DNA of 64,000 nucleotides from Microbotryum violaceum (Eukaryota): NCBI GenBank assembly GCA_001244265.2, contig CDLV01000009.1, positions 1,922,001 to 1,986,000 of the forward strand, read 5' to 3'. Shown piece by piece: positions 62,706 to 64,000 of this stretch (position 1 is its first letter; each line of letters starts with the position of its first letter). The notes under the pieces were generated by a model. It saw only the letters and a program-made list of their open reading frames with translations, ran no database searches and was not told where the DNA came from. The position numbers and the translations under genes were made by a program.

Positions 62706-64000
62706 TCACGCTCGAAGTTTGAGATAAGATCGTCCCCAGTCGACGAAGCAAAAGCCCCCATCGTCGGGTCGAACCAATACGTTCCCCTGGCGGATATCGT
62801 TGTGAACAATTCCAAGCTCAACGAAAGCCTTCTCGATCTCCCTGCACATGGCGAGGACGAAGTGAAAGAACAGGGGTGTCAGCATCACGCTGAGCCGTCG
62901 ACAACTTGCCGCGGCCCGAAGACTTACTGCCATTGACCAGACCGTTCATAAAACTCGGAGTAATTCATATGAGTCCCCACATTCTCAAGCACCATAGCGT
63001 ACCCATTGCCGTTGATACCGCGGTACGTGCCGTGGTATTGTGGCAGATGTTTTTGGAGCCCGTCGGGAAGGTGGGGAAAGACGTGCTGATAAAACAGCGT
63101 CTCCCGGACGACCGAGCCAACATAGTTACATGTCACGAGCTTGAGAAAGTACCTCGTGTTCGGAGCAGGGTGGCCAACAAGGGGGACCTCGCGATTGGCC
63201 GGGGAGGACCAACGTGGGTTGACGCGCACCACGTTCGCAAGATACCCGTCGGCAGTACTTCCCGTCCCAACCTGCTTCTCCAGGCGAAGATCCGCCGCGG
63301 CCTCGAAGTAACCCAACAGTTCCAGCGGGATCCGATCGTCTTCGAGCTCGTCCTTAGGGTCTTCCGTCAACCACTGCAAAACGGCATCAGACAAATGGAG
63401 GCTCCGGATGAAGTCGGTGGCTGGGGAAGGGTTCGACGACAGAAGGGACGAAAGGGGCGAGTCGGAACGATCCGAGGAGACGATATCAAAGTCGATTTCG
63501 ACCAGATTGACGCGGCTCGTGCCCGTGTACGACTGCAAAGAGCACAAGAGGACACGTTCGGTGAGCGGAGCCACGAGTGCTGGCACAGGAGCCGCATGGT
63601 CAGAATGTGTGACGCACCATCATCGACCAGTGCGCATTCGACAAGCTCGCCTGGATCACGAAATTGCGATCGTGAGCGATTGTGATCGATTTCGATGAAG
63701 GAACCGAGCCGGAAGCCGGCGATGTCGTCGGACTCCGGTCCGTCGACGCAGGAGGGGACGAGAAGCAGAGAGCCTCAGGAGTGAGCGCGCCAGAGAGGTC
63801 GGACCCGGCCTCTTCGGAGACGGGCGGGGTGACGGGCCGATTCGAACCCTTGGCTTGAGTGGGCGGGGGGTCGCCTGCCAGTCGCCTTGAGGAGCGAGTA
63901 CCGGGGCCAATGGCCGACGTTTTCGGTGCTTTGTTTGCCGGCTCGTAGGAGGGATCTTCACGGTCCGAGTCCGAGACGGCGCGAGGTCGCGACTGATTCG
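62706..64000 (-). CDS. K5: nuclease-kinase gene copy (3' half; runs off the window)
   Basis: Kinase exons near-identical to K1-K4. Confidence 0.8.

Noticed and set aside
18400..64000. Starship-type giant element
   Set aside because: No DUF3435 tyrosine-recombinase captain was recognised in the window.

Overview
Intron-containing eukaryotic DNA. I infer a basidiomycete fungus, possibly Microbotryomycetes-like, from intron style and transposon content; the sequence does not prove this. Positions 1-6.8 kb hold repeat debris (fold-back repeats, a LINE RT fragment, an LTR-like repeat) and a small Cys-rich secreted-protein gene. Positions 7-18 kb are a core block: alternative oxidase, a Ser/Pro-rich hypothetical protein, a delta-12 desaturase and prefoldin subunit 2. 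Positions 18.4-64 kb are an accessory region with five near-identical copies (K1-K5) of a spliced gene encoding a PD-(D/E)XK nuclease-like domain plus a C-terminal protein-kinase fold, the architecture of CR/Crinkler effectors and Spok meiotic drivers. The copies form two interleaved large inverted repeats and differ mainly in a mosaic patch just before the nuclease motif. Between K1 and K2 lies a degenerate P-element-like transposase fused to a Ulp1-type protease, and its inverted-repeat motif sits directly upstream of K2, K3 and K4. The region also has a truncated Copia element, a non-autonomous hAT-like insertion with an empty-site control, pogo, Plavaka-like and Helitron-like remnants, and several MITEs. 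All assignments are by-eye motif recognition; no searches were run.
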